61,837 bases of DNA from an uncultured Bacilli bacterium (lineage in GTDB: Bacteria > Bacillota_I > Bacilli_A > RF39 > UBA660). The notes under the pieces were generated by a model. That model was not told the origin of the DNA and ran no database searches. It saw nothing but the letters and a program-made list of their open reading frames with translations. The position numbers and the translations under genes are program-made. Shown one piece after another: positions 1 to 9,842 of the stretch (the first letter of the stretch is position 1; each line of letters begins with the position of its first letter). The DNA lies in contig CAKOQV010000001.1 of the NCBI GenBank assembly GCA_934101345.1, positions 104,991 to 166,827 on the forward strand, written 5' to 3'.

Positions 1-11
1 GAGCAATTATA

Positions 12-1262
12 ATGAGCTTAACGCTTACATCTATTATAAATATAATTAAAACAAAAGAAAAGAGTCACTATTTAACTGTGATATTATTGCTTTTACTAAT
101 GCCCAAAGATGTTTTTAAGCAAGGTATAGTATGGTCAAGTGGATTTGCTAATTATTCATTTTCTATTCTACTTTTACTTATTGCATTAAGTATGGTACAA
201 AAATTGTTTGCAGATAACAAATTTGATACAAAAATGATAATTCCGAGTATTCTTGTTTTTTACTTATCATCTTTGGTTATCGAAAATTTAACAATATTTT
301 TATTTTTAGTAATATTAAATATTGTATATTTAATAAAAAATAAAAAAGTGAACTTTAATTTATTAATTTCACTTGGTAGTTCATTGCTTGGATTATTAAC
401 TATGTTTACACATCCATCTTATTTTGGAGTTTTGAGTGGAGAAGATGGTTATCGAACAATTAGTGGTATTAACGAAATTTTTTATAGTGCTATAAGTAAT
501 TTTATTGAAATAATTTTTCCAAATTCAATAACAAATAATTTGATTTTATTTATCATTTTGACTATATTTATGATTACATATGTATATAAAAACTCTAATA
601 AAAAGAAAAACACTAAACTTATGTATATATCATTATGTTTTCATGTTATATGTTTATTGTATTTCATATTAGTAAAATATAATCCTGATTGGGTACCACT
701 ATTGAAATATTCAAAAATATTTAATTTTAGTGTGAGCGTTCTATTTATTATAAATTTATTTGTGGTATTATATTTAGTATATAGGTCTAGAGCTTATAAC
801 TCGTTATTTATATGTGGTGTAATTGTAGGTATGGTTGCTCCATTATTTGTGGTATCACCACTTGGACCTAGAAACTTCTTATTGATATATGTTTTGGAAG
901 CTTTATTGGTTTTAGATATTTATAGAATTTCTGGCTTTACATTAGATTATAATAAAATTAAGTACTTGATTTGCATCATTGTGTTTGTTATAGTTGGATA
1001 TTATGTTTCAATTTATGGTTATATAACTTTAGTTAGTGTTAGACGGGATAATTATGTAAAAGAACATGTTACTTCTAATAATATAGAAAATAATATTTTG
1101 TATATTCCAAATATACCATATGAAGAATATGTTTGGGTGCCGAATCCATCTAATGAATACTATAAATCAATATATAAGTATATTTTTAATGTACCTGTTG
1201 AAGTGGATTTAGAATTTGTTGATTACAAGATATGGCACGAATTTTATTATAAAAATGATTAA
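12..1262 (+). CDS. polytopic integral membrane protein of unknown function, possibly envelope glycopolymer related; may be 5'-truncated by the window edge
   Basis: 416-aa ORF whose frame is open back to nt 3. Many hydrophobic segments (FSILLLLIALSMV, LILFIILTIFMITYV, VIVGMVAPLFVVSPLG). Sits directly upstream of wecB/tagO-like genes. Confidence 0.6.
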   Translation: MSLTLTSIINIIKTKEKSHYLTVILLLLLMPKDVFKQGIVWSSGFANYSFSILLLLIALSMVQKLFADNKFDTKMIIPSILVFYLSSLVIENLTIFLFLVILNIVYLIKNKKVNFNLLISLGSSLLGLLTMFTHPSYFGVLSGEDGYRTISGINEIFYSAISNFIEIIFPNSITNNLILFIILTIFMITYVYKNSNKKKNTKLMYISLCFHVICLLYFILVKYNPDWVPLLKYSKIFNFSVSVLFIINLFVVLYLVYRSRAYNSLFICGVIVGMVAPLFVVSPLGPRNFLLIYVLEALLVLDIYRISGFTLDYNKIKYLICIIVFVIVGYYVSIYGYITLVSVRRDNYVKEHVTSNNIENNILYIPNIPYEEYVWVPNPSNEYYKSIYKYIFNVPVEVDLEFVDYKIWHEFYYKND

Positions 1263-1543
1263 AATATATGACAGAAAGTTTTGGTAAATTGATAATATAA
1301 AAAAATTTATGATTGTAATAATGGAAATTTAGAACAATTAATGTCGATTGGTATTCATTCAATGTTTAAAAATAGATTTTATGTCATTAATTTTAATTAT
1401 AAAAGGCAATCATTTTATTTGCTTTTTAATACACATTGAATGCTTGTATTTATTATAATAGTTGGTAATTTACAAAAGATATAAAGCAGAGGACTACTAT
1501 AAAAAATTTTAAATATTTTTGTAAAATTAAAGGAGGATAAAAA

Positions 1544-2644
1544 ATGATTAAAGTAATGACAATATTTGGAACAAGACCAGAAGCTATTAAGATGGCACCT
1601 CTTGTTAAAGAATTAGAAAAAAGAAAAGAAATTGAAAGTATAGTATGTGTTACTGCTCAACATAGAGAGATGTTAGATCAAGTACTTGAGGTGTTTGATA
1701 TTAAACCTGATTATGATTTAAATATTATGAAACAAGGGCAAACTCTTAGCGAAATAACTTCTAAGGTACTTATGGGGCTTGAAGAAATAATGAAAAAAGA
1801 AAAGCCTAATATTGTACTTGTTCATGGTGATACTACTACAACTTTTGCTGGTGCATTAGCAGCTTTTTACAATCAAATAGATATAGGGCATGTTGAAGCA
1901 GGTCTTAGAACTTGGAATAAATATTCACCATTTCCTGAAGAAATGAATAGACAAATGGTAGATAGAATGTGTGATATGTATTTTGCTCCTACTGAGGTAA
2001 GTAAACATAATTTGTTAGAAGAAAATATAGCAGAAGATAAAATATATGTTACTGGTAATACTGCTATTGATGCTATGAAAACAACTGTAAAGAAAGAATA
2101 TAATAATGAAATATTTGATTGGATAGGTAATGATAGAATGATTTTACTTACTGCTCATAGAAGAGAAAATCTTGGCGAACCTATGAGAAATATATTTAAG
2201 GCTGTAAGAAGAATAGTGGGTGAATACCCTGATGTTAAAGTAGTATATCCAATACATTTAAATCCTAAAGTTAGAGAAGTTGCTAATGAAATATTTAAAG
2301 ATACTGATAGAGTAAGATTGATAGAACCTTTAGAAGTGTTTGACTTCCATAATTTTCAAAATAAGAGTTATATTATCCTTACTGATTCTGGTGGTATTCA
2401 AGAAGAAGCTCCTTCACTTGGCAAGCCTGTTCTTGTACTTAGAGATACTACTGAAAGACCGGAAGGTATTGATGCAGGTACTTTGAAACTAGTAGGTACT
2501 TCAGAAGATGTTATTTATAATGAAACTAAAAAATTATTAGATGATAAGAATGAATATAATAAGATGAGTAAGGCATCTAATCCTTATGGAGATGGCTTTG
2601 CTAGTAAATATATAGTTGATGCTATTATTGATAAATATAGATAA
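1544..2644 (+). CDS. wecB: UDP-N-acetylglucosamine 2-epimerase (non-hydrolysing)
   Basis: N-terminus MIKVMTIFGTRPEAIKMAPLV and the motifs HGDTTT, HVEAGLRT and TDSGGIQEEAPSLGKPVLVLRDTTERPE are hallmarks of the family. AGGAGG RBS lies 8 nt upstream. Confidence 0.93.
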   Translation: MIKVMTIFGTRPEAIKMAPLVKELEKRKEIESIVCVTAQHREMLDQVLEVFDIKPDYDLNIMKQGQTLSEITSKVLMGLEEIMKKEKPNIVLVHGDTTTTFAGALAAFYNQIDIGHVEAGLRTWNKYSPFPEEMNRQMVDRMCDMYFAPTEVSKHNLLEENIAEDKIYVTGNTAIDAMKTTVKKEYNNEIFDWIGNDRMILLTAHRRENLGEPMRNIFKAVRRIVGEYPDVKVVYPIHLNPKVREVANEIFKDTDRVRLIEPLEVFDFHNFQNKSYIILTDSGGIQEEAPSLGKPVLVLRDTTERPEGIDAGTLKLVGTSEDVIYNETKKLLDDKNEYNKMSKASNPYGDGFASKYIVDAIIDKYR

Positions 2645-2682
2645 TGATGTTTAATTATTGTAAAAACTCTTATAATTATGTT

Positions 2683-2708
2683 AAGAATAGTAAATAGCTA
2701 TTCTTTTT
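2683..2708 (+). terminator. intrinsic terminator after wecB
   Basis: AAGAATAG-N7-CTATTCTT followed by TTT. Confidence 0.6.
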
Positions 2709-2778
2709 CATTATATTGATTAAAATTTAAATATGTTATATAATATAGATGTAGTTTGATTTAAGGAGTATGTTAATT

Positions 2779-3840
2779 ATGGATATTAAAAGAGTTTTGT
2801 TAATTGTGGGGACAACATTTTTATTTACAGCGTTATTTGTTCCTGTTGTAAAAAAGATGGCTAATTTTATTGGTGCACTTGATATGCCTAATGAAAGAAA
2901 GGTACACAAGGTACCTATTCCTAGACTTGGTGGTCTTGGTATATATGCTGGTTTTTTACTTGGCTATATGTTATTTGGTATTCATTCTGTACAAATGAAT
3001 GCAATACTTATTGGTAGTTTTATAATATTAGTTACTGGTATATTTGATGATATAAAGCCAGTGCCTGCTAAATGGAAGTTACTTGCTCAGACAGTAGGTG
3101 CTTCAATAATACCTTTATATGGTGGTATATTACTAAAAGATATTTCAGCATTTGGATTATATTTAAATTTTGGAATACTTGCATATCCTATTACAATAAT
3201 ATTTATTGTGTCTATTATTAATTGTATTAATTTAATTGATGGATTAGATGGATTATCTTCAGGTATTGCTAGTATATACTTTTTGACTATTGGTATAATA
3301 GCTATGCTTCTTAATAATTCTAATGGTCTTGATATAATATTAACTTTTATAATGCTTGGTAGTACACTTGGATTTTTAGTACATAACTTTAATCCTGCTA
3401 AAATATTTATGGGTGATTCTGGTAGTATGTTTTTAGGATATATAATAGCGGTTATTGCATTGTTAGGATTTAAAAATGTAACTTTGACTTCATTTATTAT
3501 ACCTATACTTTTACTTGCTATTCCTATACTTGATACTTTATTTGCTATTCTTAGAAGACTTGTTAATCATAAACCACTTGGTGAACCTGATAAGAATCAT
3601 TTGCATCATCAACTATTGAAACTTAAATTATCACAAAGAAAAACAGTGTTAATAATATATGTTGTTGATTTACTATTTGCTTCAGCTTCTATTGTATACG
3701 CTGTAGGTAATAGTATGTTAGGAAGTAATATTTATGGTATTGTTATATATATAATATTATTTATTTTGATATTATTGTTAGTACTTAAAACTAATATAAT
3801 ATGGGATCATGATAAGAAGAAAAAGGAAACTGAGAAATAG
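2779..3840 (+). CDS. tagO: undecaprenyl-phosphate N-acetylhexosamine-1-phosphate transferase (MraY/WecA/TagO family, GT4)
   Basis: Multi-TM protein with IFDDIKP, NLIDGLDGL and FMGDSGSMFLGY motifs. The track ORF starts at 2770, but the ATG at 2779 has better spacing to GGAG (2765-2768). Confidence 0.85.
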   Translation: MDIKRVLLIVGTTFLFTALFVPVVKKMANFIGALDMPNERKVHKVPIPRLGGLGIYAGFLLGYMLFGIHSVQMNAILIGSFIILVTGIFDDIKPVPAKWKLLAQTVGASIIPLYGGILLKDISAFGLYLNFGILAYPITIIFIVSIINCINLIDGLDGLSSGIASIYFLTIGIIAMLLNNSNGLDIILTFIMLGSTLGFLVHNFNPAKIFMGDSGSMFLGYIIAVIALLGFKNVTLTSFIIPILLLAIPILDTLFAILRRLVNHKPLGEPDKNHLHHQLLKLKLSQRKTVLIIYVVDLLFASASIVYAVGNSMLGSNIYGIVIYIILFILILLLVLKTNIIWDHDKKKKETEK

Positions 3841-3849
3841 TTTCTTTTT
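3826..3849 (+). terminator. intrinsic terminator overlapping the tagO stop
   Basis: GAAACT-gagaaat-AGTTTC followed by TTTTT. Confidence 0.6.
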
Positions 3850-3861
3850 AATATGTTATAG

Positions 3862-3938
3862 TATGGCTTATATATGATAGACTTTATTTTGAGACTTAAT
3901 GGCTCAAAATAACACTTCAAGATTACAAGCTTGAAGTG
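3862..3938 (-). repeat. REP-like double-hairpin intergenic repeat, copy 1
   Basis: tatggcttatatatgatagac leader. Hairpin TTATTTTGAG/CTCAAAATAA (3884-3912) and hairpin CACTTCAAG/CTTGAAGTG (3913-3938). Reverse complement of the copy at 48643-48723. Confidence 0.85.
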
Positions 3939-4020
3939 AATATGAATATAATTTTAAAAAATATACTATACTTATTAGTTAATATTTGGTATAATTATAA
4001 AGAAATATGGAGGTAATGAT

Positions 4021-4578
4021 ATGGAGGTTAGTTATAGAAATCCTAAGATATATTTACTTAGTGGTAAAGCTAGAAATGGTAAAGATACAATAGCTGGATA
4101 CTTAAAAGAATTTTATGAGAAAGATGGTAAGAAAGTTATTTTTTCACGAGCGGGTAAATATATAAAATTTTATGCTATGGAGATGACTGATTGGGATGGT
4201 AATGAAGATACAAAGCCTAGAACATTACTTCAAGAGTTGGGTACGGATGTAATAAGAAATAAATTAAATAAGTCAGAAATGTTTATAGACAGGCAGATAG
4301 ATGATATAGAAATATATTCGTATTTTTATGACGCTATTATAGTACCTGATATTAGATTACCAAGAGAAATAGATAGTATTAAAGAAAAATTTGATAATGT
4401 AGTAACTATTAAGGTAGAAAGAATTAACTTTGAAACTAATTTGTCTGGAAAAGAACAAAAACACAGTACAGAGACTGCAATGGATAATTATATAGATTTT
4501 GACTATGTAATTATAAATGATACATTGGAAAAACTAAAAGAAGATGTATATAAAATATACAAGGAGGAAACTAAATGA
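4021..4578 (+). CDS. P-loop nucleotide kinase, phage-type dNMP kinase-like
   Basis: Walker A-like LSGKARNGKDT near the N-terminus, followed by LLQELGTDVIRN and VPDIRLPREI blocks typical of dNMP kinase-like proteins. Stop overlaps the alaS start (ATGA). Confidence 0.55.
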   Translation: MEVSYRNPKIYLLSGKARNGKDTIAGYLKEFYEKDGKKVIFSRAGKYIKFYAMEMTDWDGNEDTKPRTLLQELGTDVIRNKLNKSEMFIDRQIDDIEIYSYFYDAIIVPDIRLPREIDSIKEKFDNVVTIKVERINFETNLSGKEQKHSTETAMDNYIDFDYVIINDTLEKLKEDVYKIYKEETK

Positions 4579-7268
4579 AAAAGTTAAAAGGTAATGAAAT
4601 AATTAATATGTATTTAAATTTCTTTAGTGAAAGGGGTCATACAATAATAGAGTCTGCTTCTCTTATTCCTAAAGATGATCCTACTATACTTTGGATAAAT
4701 GCTGGTGTAACACCACTAAAGAAATATTTTGATGGTACTATTGTACCTAAGAATAGAAGATTAACTAGTTGTCAGAAATGTATTAGAACTGGTGATATTG
4801 AGTCAGTAGGACGTACTGCTAGACATCATACTTTCTTTCAGATGTTAGGAAATTTTAGTATTGGTGACTATTTTAGAGAGGATGCAATTACTTGGGCATA
4901 TGAATTACTTACTAGTCCTAAATATTTTGATATTGATAAAGATAGGTTATATGTAACAGTATATACTCATGATGATGATACATACAATTTGTGGCTAAAA
5001 CTTGGAATAAAGAAAGATCATTTAGTAAGATTAGATGGTAATTTTTGGGAAATTGGGCCAGGACCATCAGGACCTGATACGGAGATTTTTTATGATAGAG
5101 GAGAAAAATATGATAAAGAACATAAGGGTATTAGTCTATTACAAAATGAAGAAGAAAATGATCGTTATATAGAGATATGGAATAATGTTTTAAGTCAATT
5201 TAATGCTACTGAAGGATTAAAAAGAGAGGATTATTCAGAATTACCTAGTAAAAATATAGATACTGGTATGGGTGTTGAAAGAATGGCTTGTATTCTTCAA
5301 GAAACAGAAACTAACTATGAAACTGACTTATTTATGCCTATTATGAAAGGAATTGAAGAGATAGCACATATACCTTATACAGGACAAATGGAATTTAAAG
5401 TAATTGCTGATCATATAAGAACTTTAACTTTTGCTTTAGCAGATGGTGCTGTATTTGAAAATGTCGGAAGAGGTTATGTATTAAGAAGACTATTAAGAAG
5501 AGCTTCTCGAATGGGAAGAAAATTAAATATTAATAGAGATTTCTTAAGTGATTTAGTGGATATAGTTGTTGATAATTATAAAGAGATATATCCTTATTTA
5601 GTAGGAGAGACTCCTAAAGTAAAAGAGCTAATTACTAAAGAGGAATTATTGTTTCAAAAAACTCTTTTATCTGGTGAGAAACATTTAGAGGAATTATTTA
5701 AAAGTAATACTAAAGTTATTAATGGTAAAGATGCTTTTAAATTATATGATACGTATGGTTATCCTATAGAACTTACTATAGAAGCTGCTCTTGAAAAAGG
5801 ATTTACTGTGGATACTGAAGAGTTTAAATTGTATATGAATGCTCAAAAAACTTTAGCTAGAAATAGTAGAAAAGTAGAAAGTAGTATGAATATGCAAAAT
5901 GACGCTTTGATAAACTTTAAAGAAGAAAGTAAATTTGTTGGATATGATAAATTAGGATTAGAAACTGAAGTAATAGCTATTATGAAGAATAATGAATTTG
6001 TTGATAGTTCTAGTGATGAATGTTATATATTTTTAAAAGAAAATCCATTTTATGCTGAGAGTGGTGGTCAAGTAGCGGATTCTGGATATTTGAAAAATGA
6101 TAATTGTAAGTTAGAAGTATTGGATGTTATAAAGGCTCCTAATGGACAACATATGATATATGTTAATGTTCTTGATGGAACAATTAATAAAGGTGATAAG
6201 ATTTTAACCCATGTATCTAAAGAAAAAAGATTTAATACTATGAAAAATCATTCTTCTGTACATTTATTACAAAAATCATTACAAGAATTATTAGGAGATT
6301 CTGTTCATCAGGCTGGTTCTAAAGTAGATGATAAGATGTTAAGATTTGATTTTAATTATCATGGAAGATTATCTGATGAATTAATACTTAAGGTAGAAGA
6401 ATCAGTAAATCAAAAGATAGATGCAGCATATGAAACTAAGATAGAATATATGAGCTTAGATGATGCTAAGAAAAAAGGGGCTATGGCTTTATTTAGTGAT
6501 AAATATGGAAGTGTTGTAAGAGTTGTAACTATTGGTGATTCTGTTGAACTTTGTGCAGGAACTCATGTAACTAATTCTAAGGATATAAATAAGTTTGCTA
6601 TAGCAAGTGTTGAAAACAAGGGCTCTGATACATTTAGAGTAATAGCCGCTACTGATACTAATATTGGTGAAGTGTTAGGTGAAGAGGTTTCTAAATATAA
6701 TGAACAGATGTTAAAATTATTAGATAAAGCTAAGAAGATAGTATTAACTGCTAAAGAATTGAATATAGATTTAAAATTTAATTTTGATATAGCTAATAAT
6801 ACTCCTACTAGTTATAGAGATATTGTAATAAATAGAAATGAATTAGAAAATTTAAGAAATAGTTTAAAGGAATTAGAAAAAGAATTTACTCTTAAGAAGA
6901 ATGAAAAATCTGTAAGTGATTTATCTAGTTTTTTAAGTATTAAAGAAGAAATAAATGGTATAACAACAATTATAAGTATTACTAATGATTATGATATAGT
7001 TACTTTAAAGCAAATAGTATCTGCATTAAGTAATCAGTTAGATAACAGTTTTATTCTACTAGCTAATCAAAATAAGGATAATAGTGTTAATTTTATAGCT
7101 AAATCTACTTCTAATAGAGTAGACTGTGGTACGATTATAAAAGAATTATCATCAGCTTGTAAAGGCAATGGTGGTGGCTCTAAAGTATTTGCTCAGGGTG
7201 GCGGTACTGATGGTACTAATATAGCTAATTTACTTATGAATGTTAAAGAAAAGATTAAAAACTTATAA
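4575..7268 (+). CDS. alaS: alanine--tRNA ligase
   Basis: 897 aa. Contains FFSERGHT, PTILWINAGV, RHHTFFQMLGNFSFGDYF-like block, the editing-domain HSSVHLL...CAGTHV motifs and a C-terminal GGGSKVFAQGGG DHHA1 motif. Confidence 0.97.
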   Translation: MKKLKGNEIINMYLNFFSERGHTIIESASLIPKDDPTILWINAGVTPLKKYFDGTIVPKNRRLTSCQKCIRTGDIESVGRTARHHTFFQMLGNFSIGDYFREDAITWAYELLTSPKYFDIDKDRLYVTVYTHDDDTYNLWLKLGIKKDHLVRLDGNFWEIGPGPSGPDTEIFYDRGEKYDKEHKGISLLQNEEENDRYIEIWNNVLSQFNATEGLKREDYSELPSKNIDTGMGVERMACILQETETNYETDLFMPIMKGIEEIAHIPYTGQMEFKVIADHIRTLTFALADGAVFENVGRGYVLRRLLRRASRMGRKLNINRDFLSDLVDIVVDNYKEIYPYLVGETPKVKELITKEELLFQKTLLSGEKHLEELFKSNTKVINGKDAFKLYDTYGYPIELTIEAALEKGFTVDTEEFKLYMNAQKTLARNSRKVESSMNMQNDALINFKEESKFVGYDKLGLETEVIAIMKNNEFVDSSSDECYIFLKENPFYAESGGQVADSGYLKNDNCKLEVLDVIKAPNGQHMIYVNVLDGTINKGDKILTHVSKEKRFNTMKNHSSVHLLQKSLQELLGDSVHQAGSKVDDKMLRFDFNYHGRLSDELILKVEESVNQKIDAAYETKIEYMSLDDAKKKGAMALFSDKYGSVVRVVTIGDSVELCAGTHVTNSKDINKFAIASVENKGSDTFRVIAATDTNIGEVLGEEVSKYNEQMLKLLDKAKKIVLTAKELNIDLKFNFDIANNTPTSYRDIVINRNELENLRNSLKELEKEFTLKKNEKSVSDLSSFLSIKEEINGITTIISITNDYDIVTLKQIVSALSNQLDNSFILLANQNKDNSVNFIAKSTSNRVDCGTIIKELSSACKGNGGGSKVFAQGGGTDGTNIANLLMNVKEKIKNL

Positions 7269-7273
7269 TAAAA

Positions 7274-7302
7274 GAATTTCACTTTAAATAGTGAAATTTT
7301 TT
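7274..7302 (+). terminator. intrinsic terminator after alaS
   Basis: AATTTCAC-N8-GTGAAATT followed by a T-run. Confidence 0.7.
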
Positions 7303-7303
7303 A

Positions 7304-7364
7304 CTTCTTAAGTCTAGGTTTTGAAAAAGCAGAGAAGTCTAAGAGCTTCTCTGCTTAAGTTTGG
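7304..7364 (+). repeat. REP-like intergenic repeat, copy 2 (divergent)
   Basis: cttcttaagTCTAGGT shared with copy 6, and hairpin GCAGAGAAG/CTTCTCTGC. The first hairpin is degenerate. Confidence 0.5.
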
Positions 7365-7447
7365 TTATTAGTATTTGCATTTTTAGTTATTTTTTGTTAT
7401 AATTATTAAGTCTTTTACTTAAGAAAAAAAAGAAAGGAGAAATTAAT

Positions 7448-9097
7448 TTGAGTAAAATAAAATTATTTTCACTAGGTGGACTAGATGAAAATGGTAAAAA
7501 TATGTTTGTTATTGAAGTGGATAAAGAAATATTTGTATTTGAAGCTGGTCTTAAATATGCTGATGAGTTTACTTTAGGAATAGATTATATAATACCAAAT
7601 ATAAGTTATTTAAAAGAAAATAAAAAAAGAATAAAAGGAATATTTTTAACACATGGACATGAAGAAAATATTGGAGCATTACCTGATTTAATGCCTGATT
7701 TAGAGGGTGTACCAGTATTTGCTTCAAAGTATACTTTAGATATCGTAAAAAATGAGTTTGAAACATATAAGATAGATACTAGTAGTCTAAAAGAGATTAA
7801 AGCTAATATACCATTAAATGTAGGAAAGATAAAAGTATTTCCTATAAATTTATCGCATTCAACTCCTGATAACTTTGGATATGCTATATATACAAAAGAT
7901 GGAGTAATATTTTATGCATCAGATTTTGTTGTAGATCCATTAATGAAAGGAGCATATAAAACTGATATTGGAAAACTTGCTTATATAGGAAAACAAAATG
8001 TATTATGTTTACTTACAGAATCAAATTATGCTAGTATTGAGGGATTTACGTCTCCAAGACATAGAATAGCGGGCTTAATAAAAGAAACACTTAATACTAC
8101 CGATGGTAGAATAATTTTTAATGTTTTGGATTCACATTTATATCGTATACAGGAATTATTTAGTGAGCTAGAAAAAACTGATCGTAAGGTTGTTATTATG
8201 GGTAAAAGACTAAAAGCTATAATTGATTCTGCGATTGAAAATCATTATTTAAATGTTAATAAAAAGATAATTGGTGATTTATCTAATATAAATGATAAGA
8301 ATGTTGTAATATTAAATGCTAATGAAAGAGAAAAACCTTACTATAATATAATGAAAATAGTAAATGGATATGATAAGTTTATTAAATTAACGGAAGAAGA
8401 TACTATATTTTTGGCTACACCTATTTTTGAAAGTAGAGAAAAAACGTTTTATCATTTGTTAGATGAAATATCAAAGATAGGTTCTAAAGTTGTAACATTA
8501 TCTTCACACAAATATTTGTCACATCATGCTTCTAAAGAGGATTTAATGATTATGATAAACTTAATGAATCCTAAATATTATTTTCCAATAAGAGGAGAAT
8601 ATAAGGATCAAGTATTAAATGCTGAAATAGGAGAGTTATCAGGAATACCTAAAGAAAATATCTTATTAAAAGAAAATGGAGATGTTGTTTCAATAGAAAA
8701 TGGTGTTTTAAAGGATAACTTTGAGAAAGTACCATCAGGTTCTGTTTTAATAGATGGTAATTCATCTGATGATATAGGGGAAATGGTCTTGAGAGATCGT
8801 GAGATACTTTCTGATAATGGTATTATGATTATTTCGGTTACTTTAAATAAACAAACTAAAGAGATAATATCAGGACCAGAAGTACTTACTAGAGGTTTTG
8901 TCTATGTAAGAGACTCCTACGAATTAATAAAAGAAATAAAAAGAATATCTACTGAAATAATATTATTAAATACTAGTAGTTCAAAGTATATAGAGTATAA
9001 TAAAGTTAAGAATTCTATTAGAGATGAATTATCTAGATATTTAATTAAAGAAACTGGTAATAAACCAATGATTATTACAGTTATGCAAGAAATATAG
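7448..9097 (+). CDS. rnj: ribonuclease J family protein (metallo-beta-lactamase/beta-CASP) with non-canonical metal-binding motifs, J2-like
   Basis: TTG start after AAAGGAG. N-terminus SKIKLFSLGGLDENGKNMFVIE, LSHSTPDN, ASDFVVD and SHHASKEDL match the RNase J architecture. Motif II reads HGHEEN rather than HGHEDH, and motif C reads RGE rather than HGE. Confidence 0.85.
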   Translation: MSKIKLFSLGGLDENGKNMFVIEVDKEIFVFEAGLKYADEFTLGIDYIIPNISYLKENKKRIKGIFLTHGHEENIGALPDLMPDLEGVPVFASKYTLDIVKNEFETYKIDTSSLKEIKANIPLNVGKIKVFPINLSHSTPDNFGYAIYTKDGVIFYASDFVVDPLMKGAYKTDIGKLAYIGKQNVLCLLTESNYASIEGFTSPRHRIAGLIKETLNTTDGRIIFNVLDSHLYRIQELFSELEKTDRKVVIMGKRLKAIIDSAIENHYLNVNKKIIGDLSNINDKNVVILNANEREKPYYNIMKIVNGYDKFIKLTEEDTIFLATPIFESREKTFYHLLDEISKIGSKVVTLSSHKYLSHHASKEDLMIMINLMNPKYYFPIRGEYKDQVLNAEIGELSGIPKENILLKENGDVVSIENGVLKDNFEKVPSGSVLIDGNSSDDIGEMVLRDREILSDNGIMIISVTLNKQTKEIISGPEVLTRGFVYVRDSYELIKEIKRISTEIILLNTSSSKYIEYNKVKNSIRDELSRYLIKETGNKPMIITVMQEI

Positions 9098-9183
9098 TCA
9101 AAAGCTATATTTTTTTTCTTTAAAATAATAAAAAAGTATTTCATTTTATTATATTTTTTGTTATAATGTAAAAGAGGTATGAT

Positions 9184-9825
9184 ATGAAAAAAGTATTAAT
9201 ACTATGTGTATTATTGATATTATGCATTGGTTGTACTAGAATAGATAATATTAAAGATTACAAGGTAGTAATTGATAATGTAATAGAAAGAAATAATATA
9301 GATACTAATACTGCTTCAATGGGATATAAATATTATCTTCCTATTGGAGTTAGAAAGGTATATGATAAAGATTACAATCAGAAATTTAGATATGAAGATG
9401 TAGATATATATTTATATGTGGATGCTGTTAGTTATTATTATCATAATACTTTGAACTTTAATGAAGATAAGAAGGATAATGACTTCTATTATAAAATAGT
9501 TAATAGTGATAAAATTGGATATGTGATTGTAACAAAAAATGCAGATGATTACTTTGTTAAGATAGTATATAATTATGCAAAGATTGAATCACATGTTCCT
9601 AAAGAGAAGTTAAATGAAGTAATAGCAAATAGTATGATTATATTAAATAGTATTAATTATAATGATAATTTAATAAAGAAAATTCTTGAGGATGAATATT
9701 ATTCAAGTACTGCTGAAGAGTATAAGATAAAAAAACCAGATAATACGACGAGTAAATTCTCAGAATATTTGAGTGAATATGTAGTAGATGAGGAAACCAC
9801 AGTTCCTGATTTACCTGAATATTAA
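9184..9825 (+). CDS. lipoprotein, function unknown
   Basis: Signal peptide with lipobox (MKKVLILCVLLILCIGC-T). GAGG RBS upstream. Confidence 0.7.
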   Translation: MKKVLILCVLLILCIGCTRIDNIKDYKVVIDNVIERNNIDTNTASMGYKYYLPIGVRKVYDKDYNQKFRYEDVDIYLYVDAVSYYYHNTLNFNEDKKDNDFYYKIVNSDKIGYVIVTKNADDYFVKIVYNYAKIESHVPKEKLNEVIANSMIILNSINYNDNLIKKILEDEYYSSTAEEYKIKKPDNTTSKFSEYLSEYVVDEETTVPDLPEY

Positions 9826-9842
9826 CAAAGGGAGATATGACT

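Noticed and set aside
1356-1442. 10-bp long-range inverted repeat (CATTCAATGT / ACATTGAATG) in the 280-bp region upstream of wecB.
   Set aside because: A single short complement pair in AT-rich DNA is within chance expectation. I recognised no riboswitch-like conserved core.
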